Made by a program: the position numbers and the translations under genes
Shown: piece after piece, positions 26,258 to 36,200 of the stretch
Position numbering within the stretch: position 1 is the first letter of the stretch
Layout of the letters: every line of letters begins with the position of its first letter
IMG/VR virus record: IMGVR_UViG_3300044641_004408
Span: 5,237 to 69,236 of that record
Length of the DNA: 64,000 bases
Strand: one strand, 5' to 3'
From: a virus
The notes under the pieces: model-generated
The model's input: only the letters and a program-made list of their open reading frames with translations
Databases searched by the model: none
What the model was told of the DNA's origin: nothing

Positions 26258-29200
26258 TTTATTTGAATTTTTAATTTTTCTACTATGTTATCAAAGTTAC
26301 GATCTACAAATTCTTTTTTAGCATTTTCTTTAGCTTTTTTACTAGCCTTGCCTACTACTTCTTTGTATTCTTTTGCTAGTTCTGTTTCTGTTGTTTTTTC
26401 AGCTTTCTTTGCTGGCTTAGCTGTAGCACTATCGCCTTCTTCTGCAAGTCGGTCAGCTTCTTCTGAAGCTTTGTAGTACTCTGCTTCAAGTTGTTCTCTT
26501 GTTTCATATTCTTGTTTTATTAGTTCTTGTTCAAAAGCTTCAGCTTTAGCAATCTCTGCGTCTATTATTTTTTCCGCAACTGTGCTATTCAAGTCAATTC
26601 CGGTTAACTCCTTAAACTTTTCAGCAGCTTCCCTTGCAACTCTGCTTTCCCCCATCCTAACAGCTTGAGAAGCTCCACTAGGATATGCAATCATAAAGTT
26701 TACAATGTCTTGTGGGGTTATCTCTTTACCATAATAATCGGACATTTCTTTTGCTCTAACGTCAATTGGCGTACCTTCTTTATTAAAATAGGTTAAAGCC
26801 ATTCCTCCTGTTATAAGATTCTCATCTCCAAATCTTTCAAAACCCTTTTGTGTTAATTTTCCTAAGCCATAATCAGCAATTAGTTGCTCTTCAGTTGTTA
26901 ACTTACTTTCCTTTGGTTCAGCTACATATGTTTCTAGCACTTCTAAAGGATTCTTACTATTCTCTATAATAAATCTTTTACCTTCTTCATCACTTAATCC
27001 AGATGGCATTTCAGAAACTACTTCAGTAAAACGCTCTCCTTTATTAAAATCAAATTTGTCAATATACTCGTCTAATGCTTTTTTTCTAGTAGAAGGCGAC
27101 ACTTCCTTGCCAGTCTTAGCATCTCTTACTATTAATTGACCTTTCTCGTATGCAACCTTTTGCCTACCTGACTTAGTTGTAAATGATTCTTTCTTTTCTT
27201 CTATAGGTGCTAATTCTGTTGGTTTAACTTCTACTTTTACTTCAGTTGGTTTAACTTCGGCTATTGGATTATTATAAATTTCAATTAGAGATTTAGGTAA
27301 TTCATTTAATGATATTTTCTTTTCTTCACCTTTTACATTTCTATAGATTGCATATCCTAATGTATTTGTATTATTTTTTCTGCTAAATCTAATCCACCAC
27401 ATTTCATCAGCATCCCCTACCTTTCTCTTACCAAAAATATTATAGAATTTACCACTTTTTGCAGTGCTTGTATAGCTATCTAACCCTTCAACTTCAATGT
27501 TATCTTCAGTAACTTTAGTTGATTTAACTTCTGTTTGTGCTTTATTTGCTTCTTTTGAAGGAACTTCAGTTGGTTTAACTTCTTTACTTGGATTATATTT
27601 TAATACGGGAACTTCTACTTTGATAAAATCACCGTCTATTTTAACTTTAAAATTAAGATTATTATTTTTTAAATATTTTTCTAATCGCGCTAACGCTTCA
27701 TCTTTATTTTCAAATTTAGCTCCATTCCATTTGCCTTCAGTATTATATTTTAAATCTTTAAATAAATTTGTTTTATCTATTGGAGTTATTTCTACTTCTT
27801 TTGTTTCACCTGTTTTTATATATTTATCATTTTTAATAAAATTATTCCATACTCTTAATCCATCAACAGATATAGATTTATCTTCTATTAATTCATGATT
27901 TGCAGGTAGAAATTTTTCTATTCTTTTAAAAGCATTTTTAATATCTAAAGGCTTATCATTTTTTGCATTAGCAGTTAAACTAAAACGATTTGTATTGTTT
28001 TTTATTTCTTTAAATGAAATTATACCTTTATTAGGCAATGTATAAAAAATATTTTTCTCTCCTTTATCATCGCCTAAATAAGTACTGACAGAAGAATTAT
28101 CATCAAATTTTTCTGATTTTTGTAATTTATTAAAATATACATCTTCAGTTGGTTTAACTTCTTCGGTTACTTCAACTTCAGTAGGCTTAACTTCTGCTTT
28201 TAATTGCTCTAATTTTTCTGCTAACATTTTAGATGCTTCTTCCGATTTACCTTGCGCTGTCAGGTCTGCAAACTTCTGACTTTCTTCAGGTGTCATAGCA
28301 TCAATCGCATCATATTCGTCAATTGCTTTTACAACTTTCTTTGTGCCTACAGGCTTTCCTTGTAATGCTTCAAATTCAGCTTGACTTACTTCTTCTCCAT
28401 CTACTATATATTTTTTACCACCAAATTCTTTTGAAGGCTTCTTTGCAATGTTATATACTTCTGCATCTATTTTTTTAATCCTTTCTTCGTTGGTTTTTAT
28501 TTCTTGATCTATACCTGCATGATAAGCTACATCTGTTGTTTGTTTTTGCTGTAGTAGATTTTGATTAGCTTGGTTTATGTCATTTCTTTCAACCAATAAT
28601 TCAATTGATTTTGCTCTATTTTCGCCCGTTACTGTTTCAGGTATTTTATCTGCAACTTGTGCTGCTTTTTCTGTAAAAATAATACCTTCTTGGTGCTGTT
28701 CAGGAGTAATAACATTGTTAGCTAAATCTCTATTTAAATTTATAAAAGAATCTTCTACTCCATTCTGAACCCCTTGTGTTGCAATTTGAGTAGCTAATGT
28801 TTTATTATTAGATGATGTTTTTGACCTCTCCATAGTAACTCCAGTAGCAACTTCTGTTACACCTCCCGGAACTTCTGCAATACCCTCTATAATTATGTCA
28901 TCCCAATTTACTTTTTTACCTGATGCAATTTGAGCTGCTAATTCACCACCACTCCCCCCAGTTATTTGTAACCCCGTTTCGCCAAGTCCAGCCAATAGTT
29001 TTTTGCTTAAACTTTTACCTACTGCACCAGCTGCAAACTTACCTGCAAAACCTGCTGTTAGTGCATCAAAAACTAAAATAGGTACACCATATTTAGCTGC
29101 TGTACTCCTAATTTTTGCCATCTTTTTTTCATCAGAAAAAGCATTAATTAAACTTTCTTTATTTGATATATCAACACCGTTTTCAGATAGTGAATTTAAA

Positions 29201-30018
29201 ATGTCTTGAGATGTAGATATGTTATAACCAGCTGCCGATTGTGATGCCAAGAAACCAGTAGCAGCTCCCGGCAAAGCACCAATACCAGCAAATGGCGCAC
29301 CAGCCGCAGCACCCATTGCTACACCAGTAGGCACTGTTCTTTTACTTGCTTCAAATAATGATGATAAAGAACTGGTAATAGTTTCAGCAATAAACTGAAC
29401 ACCCAATCCAGGACTATCTTTAAATATTCCTTTTAATCCTTTTTCTTGATACGCTTTCTCTGCTTTTGATTGAGGGAATGACTGCAATTCGGTTTGTAAT
29501 TGAGCTATTTCGCCTAACTCTTCTGGACTTGGCCTTTTACCAGCTGACAAAATATTAGCCACCTTGCCCTGTATTTGGCCTTTAATAGCGGAAGATGTAA
29601 AATCAGCCAAAATAGAAGGATCTTCATCTTCTTCTAATACTTTTATTTTAGGCATTCCTAACAATGATAAAGAAGGTTCAATTGATATTTTTTGCTTTTT
29701 AGGAGCTTTTGTACCCTCCGCCTGCATTAAAAAACCTTTTTCAGCAAATGCTTTACCTTTTTTAAAGTCTGGCGATAGTGATTGAGTAGGAGAAGAAACG
29801 GAAGGTGAAACTGCTTGGTCTTTTTTTTTTAAACCAAATGTATCTGCAAAAGAATCATAAGTTTCTGGTACATCAAATTGATTGTCTTTTAAATATGAAT
29901 AGTATTTAGAAGCATTATCGTAATTAGACAAAGTGCCTTTAAATGAATTAAAATCAGGAGCTACATCAGCTCCATTGGCTTTTAAATACTTATAATATTG
30001 TTCAAATTGATCTGGCAT
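26245..30018 (-). CDS. Large internal virion/ejection protein
   Basis: 1257 aa; Gly/Ala-rich hydrophobic segments; EVKPTE repeats. Confidence 0.6.
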   Translation of the reverse strand: MPDQFEQYYKYLKANGADVAPDFNSFKGTLSNYDNASKYYSYLKDNQFDVPETYDSFADTFGLKKKDQAVSPSVSSPTQSLSPDFKKGKAFAEKGFLMQAEGTKAPKKQKISIEPSLSLLGMPKIKVLEEDEDPSILADFTSSAIKGQIQGKVANILSAGKRPSPEELGEIAQLQTELQSFPQSKAEKAYQEKGLKGIFKDSPGLGVQFIAETITSSLSSLFEASKRTVPTGVAMGAAAGAPFAGIGALPGAATGFLASQSAAGYNISTSQDILNSLSENGVDISNKESLINAFSDEKKMAKIRSTAAKYGVPILVFDALTAGFAGKFAAGAVGKSLSKKLLAGLGETGLQITGGSGGELAAQIASGKKVNWDDIIIEGIAEVPGGVTEVATGVTMERSKTSSNNKTLATQIATQGVQNGVEDSFINLNRDLANNVITPEQHQEGIIFTEKAAQVADKIPETVTGENRAKSIELLVERNDINQANQNLLQQKQTTDVAYHAGIDQEIKTNEERIKKIDAEVYNIAKKPSKEFGGKKYIVDGEEVSQAEFEALQGKPVGTKKVVKAIDEYDAIDAMTPEESQKFADLTAQGKSEEASKMLAEKLEQLKAEVKPTEVEVTEEVKPTEDVYFNKLQKSEKFDDNSSVSTYLGDDKGEKNIFYTLPNKGIISFKEIKNNTNRFSLTANAKNDKPLDIKNAFKRIEKFLPANHELIEDKSISVDGLRVWNNFIKNDKYIKTGETKEVEITPIDKTNLFKDLKYNTEGKWNGAKFENKDEALARLEKYLKNNNLNFKVKIDGDFIKVEVPVLKYNPSKEVKPTEVPSKEANKAQTEVKSTKVTEDNIEVEGLDSYTSTAKSGKFYNIFGKRKVGDADEMWWIRFSRKNNTNTLGYAIYRNVKGEEKKISLNELPKSLIEIYNNPIAEVKPTEVKVEVKPTELAPIEEKKESFTTKSGRQKVAYEKGQLIVRDAKTGKEVSPSTRKKALDEYIDKFDFNKGERFTEVVSEMPSGLSDEEGKRFIIENSKNPLEVLETYVAEPKESKLTTEEQLIADYGLGKLTQKGFERFGDENLITGGMALTYFNKEGTPIDVRAKEMSDYYGKEITPQDIVNFMIAYPSGASQAVRMGESRVAREAAEKFKELTGIDLNSTVAEKIIDAEIAKAEAFEQELIKQEYETREQLEAEYYKASEEADRLAEEGDSATAKPAKKAEKTTETELAKEYKEVVGKASKKAKENAKKEFVDRNFDNIVEKLKIQIKCPT

Positions 30019-30027
30019 AGTTATTTT

Positions 30028-31341
30028 TTATTTTTTCCAAGCAATACCTGATTTGGATTTTGTATTAGGTTTTCCAAAACTAGGTTGACGTCCCTTACCC
30101 GGTTCTGTATTATATTTTAATTGATAATTCTCCATACTTTGTCTTGTAATAGTTCCAAAATTTTTGTTAATCAATTTTTCTGGCTTGCCATTTACAAACT
30201 CAATGTTAAAGTTTTTTATTTCTCTAGGTGCTTTTATAATATCAAACAATTCAGCAGGTAGTTTTTCTTTTGGAAGATTAACAACACCGCTTATAGGGTT
30301 CCCGTTAACATCAACATAAGTACCATTTATAATCTTATTACCACTTTTTAAATCTTGATCGGGTATTACATCCATTATATTACCCTCTACAACTGCTACA
30401 TTACCCGCAGCATTAGCTTTGGCTCTGGCATCCTTTCTGCCTTCATAATACAATTTAGAAAAATCAGCTTTCCCTGTAGATACTGGACCAGTTGGCTTTT
30501 TAATTAAAGCATAACCAGCAACAAAATCTTCTGGGGTTTCTATTTTAGGTATTACAACCTTCTTTGTTTGAGGATCTGTGTATTGAAATGCTTCACCGAA
30601 CTCTTTCTGTGCAGCAGCAAATACATTAGCATCCTTCATTAAATTATTAAAATTCTTTGCAGTTGACGGTTTTGTCTTATATTCATTAATTGCATTTATT
30701 GCAACTGTTTCCGCTAATTCTGGAGTTATATAAGATGTTTTTGTATATTGAACCTCACCAGTTGGTAATTTTGTTGGTACTTCTTTTGTAGGCAATGTTA
30801 ACCCACCCCACACATTTTTAGTAAAATCTACATCGTCATATTTCTTATTAAAATCAAATTTAAATAAATCTACTGGCTTGTAACCTGCGTAAATTGGCTT
30901 TTGACTATCTTGAACCGCTTCCATGAATCCATCGGGTATTTCTAATCCCTGTGATGCCATTCGGCTGTAAGTATTTTGTGCCACTTTATTTTCAGCATAT
31001 GCTTGTTTTGACATAGATATGTCAGATAAAATATCTTTAAAACCAGCCAAATATTGAGATTGAGCTTCTGCGCCATATTTAGAAGGATTCAATATGCGAT
31101 CTCTGTTTTGAAAGTAAAATTGCTTATTGTCATTATACTTCTTTAATACAATATCTTGATCTTGAGATCGCATACCAGCTGGATTAATTGATTTCTCATA
31201 ATCCATAAAATATCTATCTAAAGCTTCTCTTTTGGCTTGGTTTCTTTGCTCAAGTTGAATAGCTAAATTAACTGGCTTAGATGTATCTATTTTTACACCT
31301 TTAAAGTATGGGTTTATTCCTAATAATCCTGTAGCTGCCAT
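30028..31341 (-). CDS. Putative ejection protein
   Basis: Position in ejection block; helical. Confidence 0.5.
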   Translation of the reverse strand: MAATGLLGINPYFKGVKIDTSKPVNLAIQLEQRNQAKREALDRYFMDYEKSINPAGMRSQDQDIVLKKYNDNKQFYFQNRDRILNPSKYGAEAQSQYLAGFKDILSDISMSKQAYAENKVAQNTYSRMASQGLEIPDGFMEAVQDSQKPIYAGYKPVDLFKFDFNKKYDDVDFTKNVWGGLTLPTKEVPTKLPTGEVQYTKTSYITPELAETVAINAINEYKTKPSTAKNFNNLMKDANVFAAAQKEFGEAFQYTDPQTKKVVIPKIETPEDFVAGYALIKKPTGPVSTGKADFSKLYYEGRKDARAKANAAGNVAVVEGNIMDVIPDQDLKSGNKIINGTYVDVNGNPISGVVNLPKEKLPAELFDIIKAPREIKNFNIEFVNGKPEKLINKNFGTITRQSMENYQLKYNTEPGKGRQPSFGKPNTKSKSGIAWKK

Positions 31342-31354
31342 TTTAAATTATTTA

Positions 31355-32158
31355 TTATCCTCCGTATGATTTTCCAAAAATTGATTTAAACCCTGCTTTT
31401 GGCTGGGTTCCGTATGATTTTCCAAAAATTGATTTAAATCCAGTTGAATTTGGATTTGTAACACCATATTTACTAAAATCAGTATTGCTACTAAATTGCC
31501 CGGTATTGGTTCCAAAATTACCTAATGCTGATTTTGCATCAATACTATTGCCAGCCCCACCAACACCCATCATACCAACAGAAGCCAAATTGCCTAATGC
31601 GCCAAATGTGTTTTGAACATCTTGAGAATACTGTTCATTAGCAGCTTGAGCTTTCAATTGTTTTAAACCAAATTGACGATTATAGGGAGTCATTTTATTA
31701 ATATCAAATTGCTGCATTAAGTCTGCATTTTTCATTTGAGTAGCAGCTCCTAATTGACCAAATCTTTGATTTCTTTGAGCTTCTGCTTGTGCGCCTAATC
31801 TTTGCATAGCTGCGTTTTGACCTGCCTCTAATCTACTAATACCACCTATAGCAGACCTTCTATCTTGCAATGCTCCTAACCCTTGAGCTGCCGCTCTTCT
31901 AGCTTCCATTGCTCCTAACTGATATTGCTGAGATTGATAAGCATTTTCATTAGCCCTATTTAATGCTTGTTGGTAATATTCACTAATAGGTTTACTACCT
32001 CCATACAAAGGGCTTTGTTTAGCGTATTCGTCTAATTCTCTTTCACGAGATTTTCTTCTTTTATTAGACCCGATAGCCGATATGCCACCCGCTAAAGCGC
32101 CAGTACCTGCTGTAATTGCTGCTATACCACCGCCAACGCCTAATACTGCAAAACTCAT
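31355..32158 (-). CDS. Putative ejection/pilot protein
   Basis: Gly/Ala hydrophobic N-terminus, Q/A-rich coiled coil. Confidence 0.6.
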   Translation of the reverse strand: MSFAVLGVGGGIAAITAGTGALAGGISAIGSNKRRKSRERELDEYAKQSPLYGGSKPISEYYQQALNRANENAYQSQQYQLGAMEARRAAAQGLGALQDRRSAIGGISRLEAGQNAAMQRLGAQAEAQRNQRFGQLGAATQMKNADLMQQFDINKMTPYNRQFGLKQLKAQAANEQYSQDVQNTFGALGNLASVGMMGVGGAGNSIDAKSALGNFGTNTGQFSSNTDFSKYGVTNPNSTGFKSIFGKSYGTQPKAGFKSIFGKSYGG

Positions 32159-32652
32159 AATTCCAAATTTTTAATGTTATTTAAAATTTCTCTATATTCT
32201 TTGCCTACATCTGAACCAGTAATCTGATTAATATAAGGCTCTAATATTTTATCTTCTATTGATTCAACTATCTTCTCTATTTCCTCTTCACTTAAATCAT
32301 TGTATTCAGATTTCATTCCGTCTATTCTGTGAAACGTAGTCCAAATACAATCTTCTAATATATATAAAACTCTTCTTGTTCCCGGCTTTGTTATTCCAGT
32401 ATAAGGAGCTGTTATTTCGTACCACTCTTGCGCATCAATAGATACAGCAGCTTTTCCATAAGAAACAACATACGGATGTTCTGTTTTATGTATCTTACTT
32501 GTCCATAAAGTTCCAGCGGGCATAAAGATTTCTCTTATATACATTCCTTCTGTAAATTTATGAACCAACGGAGCGTCTATTAATTCATCAGGGAATTGCA
32601 TCATTGCAGCTTCAATATTATCTACAACCTCGTCATTTTCCCTAATTATCAT
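32155..32652 (-). CDS. Cupin-like phage protein
   Basis: H.F..G.YIRE..MPAG...KIH..EH...PG..R...W.T.H. Confidence 0.65.
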   Translation of the reverse strand: MIIRENDEVVDNIEAAMMQFPDELIDAPLVHKFTEGMYIREIFMPAGTLWTSKIHKTEHPYVVSYGKAAVSIDAQEWYEITAPYTGITKPGTRRVLYILEDCIWTTFHRIDGMKSEYNDLSEEEIEKIVESIEDKILEPYINQITGSDVGKEYREILNNIKNLEL

Positions 32653-33200
32653 TATCTATTATTCAATGGTGAATTAATATACTTAGTCGTTGCGCTGTTC
32701 AAATATACGAAAGAATTTGCACTTGCTTTCTCAAATTTTATAACCATATAATTGCCTTTTAAACTATCCCCCTCTATTAGCCCTCCCGGACTGCTAGAAT
32801 CCCTTAAAAACGATGCTTGATACTCAGACTCCAAAGATACAAAATCAGACTCTAAAAGCTGACTTGACTGCTTTACGCTTGTACTTCCTCCTGTTTCCAT
32901 TTGCGTATATATTACCGGGCAAGCCCATGTGGTATTGCCTGTTTCCATTACTGAAATCCATGTCTTTTTATCCAATGAATTTGCGTTAAATACGTTGGTT
33001 ATTGAGGCATTATATTGAGTGCCATAGAAATTACAGAAAGGAGCTGTCCCATGCTCCCAAATTTGACCATTTTTAAAGGTAAACATGGTAACATTAACAA
33101 CACCCATAAATTCAGGGAAATACGAATAAAAAGCCTCAAATGCATTAGCATTTTCATCAAATGATATTGTATAAGGGTCTTGGTGAAATATTAATGCCAT
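32652..33200 (-). CDS. C-terminal portion of tail stabiliser/nozzle encoded separately
   Basis: TISFDE...F..FYSY.PE, TFKNG.IW.H, EG..LKG.Y motifs. Confidence 0.6.
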   Translation of the reverse strand: MALIFHQDPYTISFDENANAFEAFYSYFPEFMGVVNVTMFTFKNGQIWEHGTAPFCNFYGTQYNASITNVFNANSLDKKTWISVMETGNTTWACPVIYTQMETGGSTSVKQSSQLLESDFVSLESEYQASFLRDSSSPGGLIEGDSLKGNYMVIKFEKASANSFVYLNSATTKYINSPLNNR

Positions 33201-33218
33201 TTTTTTAAATTTTATTTT

Positions 33219-36200
33219 TTAACAGCTTCCGTCAAACATTGTAACACTTAATGTACCGCCGTCTGCTACAACTTGTGCGCTAAATACCCTACTTGTTGAT
33301 GTTGCAGGTCCGCAATTAAGATTTGATGATGTATCTACAACTTCAACAGAGTCATTGCTTACATTTGTATAAGATACTACTATACTTCTAGATGCACCAG
33401 TCTGTGTTGTTGAAGCAGATGCACCATCACCAGCAACTATTGGGAATACTGCACCATCTACTTGAACTCCATTAACAGTTATATTTGTTATTGATGTGCC
33501 AGCAGTGCTATTAGTAATATCAACAAATGCATAACCAAGTGTTGTTGTTGTTGTTGTTGGTGCAGCAGTTGTCGTAGTTGTTGGCGCAGCAGTTGTTGTA
33601 GTTGTAACTCCACTACAAGGTGTAACTGCACCCATAATACCAGTTGTTGCTACAAATACAGCGTATTTAGTAGAACCACCGAACTGCATGAATCTAATGC
33701 CTGAAACAGGTGGGTTATATTCAGTTCCTGCTGCAGTTGTTGATGAATTATACAATTGAGCGCCAGTTACTGGCACATTACCCAAATCTCCTTTTTGATA
33801 TACCAAACCTCCATCACCAGTCCCAGTAAAGCAAGCTGATGATTCAGTTCCAAAAGTGTTGCTACTTCTTGCAAAAGCAATTCCGGGAAGTGTTGTTGTA
33901 GTAGTTGTTGGAGCAAGAGTTGTCGTAGTTGTTGTTGGATTAACACAATTTACAACCGCTCCTGAACTTACTCCTTTATTGCCACTAAAATCCATTATAG
34001 CTACATAATAAGTTGCATTTCCTAAAGAAGTATATGTATATTCTGTAGCTCCGCTTAAAAGCTCTCTAGTTCCTGAATTACCTACTTTAGTTAAAGCATC
34101 TGAAGCAGATATAGAGCTTGCAGCTATAAATTCAAAACTTCCTGTTCCTCCACTAAATCCATTAGCCAATACAGTTCCTGTACCCACTCCACCAGTACAC
34201 CCTGAAGTTACGCTTAAAGTAACTGGCGGAAGAGTGGTTGTTGTTGTAGGAGCAATTGTTGTAGTGGTGGTAGTTGTTGGAGCAACGGTTGTTGTTGTCG
34301 TTGGAGCAACAGTCGTAGTTGTTGTTGGAGCCGCAGTAGTTGTCGTTGGAGCAACAGTTGTTGTTGTAGTAGGAGTCCCAGTTGTAGTTGTAGTTGTTGG
34401 AGGTGGACAAGTAGCTGTTTTACAATTACCTACAGGAGTTATAGTTCCTGTACCAGATACAATTTCAACTTGTAATAATCCACCAACTACAGCTGCACAA
34501 ATATATTTTTTACCCCCTGTTGCATATACATAGTTGATGTTTGACCCGTAACAATTAAATGTAGCCACTTCCCCGCCAACCGATGTGAAATTAACTTCAA
34601 CACAATTACAAGGGTCTGAACTAAATGTTGTTGTTGTTGTTGTTGGAGCAACAGTTGTAGTAGTTGTTGGAGTTGCAGTTGTTGTTGTGGTTGTAGGAGC
34701 AGCAGTTGTTGTGGTTGTAGGATTACAAGATGCACCAATATCTGCAAAAATGTATTCAGAAGTAGAAGTAACGCTATCTAATCGCGCACAAACAATAATA
34801 CTCGGACCTCTATTCACACGACTATTATTAATTGTAGTCCCTGCGCAATTAACATATGAAAAAGGATATGACTCTCTACTATCAGTACCATCATCGGCAT
34901 AAACAGTGTAGTTAAAACAAGTTATTGCAGCAGTTGTGGTTGTGGTTGTCGGACCTGCGGTAGTTGTGGTTGTTGGACCAGCGGTTGTAGTTGTAGTTGT
35001 TGGATTACAGGATGCACCAATATCTGCAAAAATATATTCAGAAGTAGAAGTAACGCTATCTAATTGCGCACAAATAATAAGCGCAGCCCCTCTATTGATA
35101 CGACTACTATTTATTGTAGTTCCTGAGCAATTAATGTATGAAAAATCATAAGATTCTCTACCATCAGTACCATTATCGGCATAAACAGTATAGTTAAAAC
35201 AAGCTACTGGAGCAGTTGTGGTTGTGGTTGTCGGACCTGCGGTAGTTGTAGTTGTCGGACCTGCGGTTGTAGTTGTAGTTATGCTACAAGAAGAACCAAG
35301 ATTTGCAAAAATATAAGGAGAATCAGAAGTAACACTATCTTCTTGCGCACAAACAGTAATTCCCGGACCTTTATTCACACGACTGCCATTAACTAAAACT
35401 CCAGCGCAATTAAGGTAAGAGAAATCATAGGATTCTCTATCTTGTGTACCATCATCGGCATAAACAAAATAGTTAAAACAAGATATAGGTGCTACAGTTG
35501 TTGTAGTAGTTGTTGTAGGAGGACAAGAAGCTGTTTTACAGTTCCCAACAGGAGTTAAAGTGCCTGTTCCAGATACAATTGAAGCTTGTAAAAGACCACC
35601 AACTACTGATGCACAAATATACCTAATCCCTGCTGTTGCATAAACGTAATTTACGTTTACACCATAACAATTCAATGTAGCAACATCGCCACCTACTGAT
35701 GTAATATTAACTTCAACACAATCACAAGGTTCAGGACTAAATGTAGTAGTAGTAGTAGCAGGTGCAGAAGTTGTTGTAGTTGTTGTAGGTGCAGCTGTAG
35801 TAGTTGTTGTAGTAGTAGCAGGTGTATATCTATTAATTTCTTCCAAAGCAATAATATATTTATTAGTATTTGCATCAAATACACCATAAATACATGGATC
35901 ACCGGTGTAAACTCCAGCGTCAGAAACTCCATTATTTAAATCTTTTCTAAAAGCTGCTGTTTTATCAACGAAGAAAGCGTTAGTTTTATAAAGAATACTA
36001 ATTGGTTCAATCCCATTTTGGCTTAATCTACATACTACACCTCTATAATTATCTACAAAATAGTCTGCAAAGTTATTCCATGCAAGGCTTGTTGCTGCAT
36101 CTCCAATACCGTAATCACCTGCATAATACTGTATCTTGTTAATTAACTGGTTACTATTTGCTTGTAGTGGGTTGCCCGTAACATCTTTTACAATTTGAGT

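Noticed and set aside
31361-31438. 30-bp direct repeat as an att site
   Set aside because: In-frame duplication (GFKSIFGKSYG twice, 48 bp apart) at a protein C-terminus; no integrase present
22639-32158. Virion RNA polymerase (true Crassvirales)
   Set aside because: No DxDxD polymerase motif seen and the proteins are much smaller than crAss RNA polymerase subunits
34162-35932. Poly-Val, poly-Asn and poly-Gln/Leu ORFs
   Set aside because: Shadows of the poly-Thr tracts
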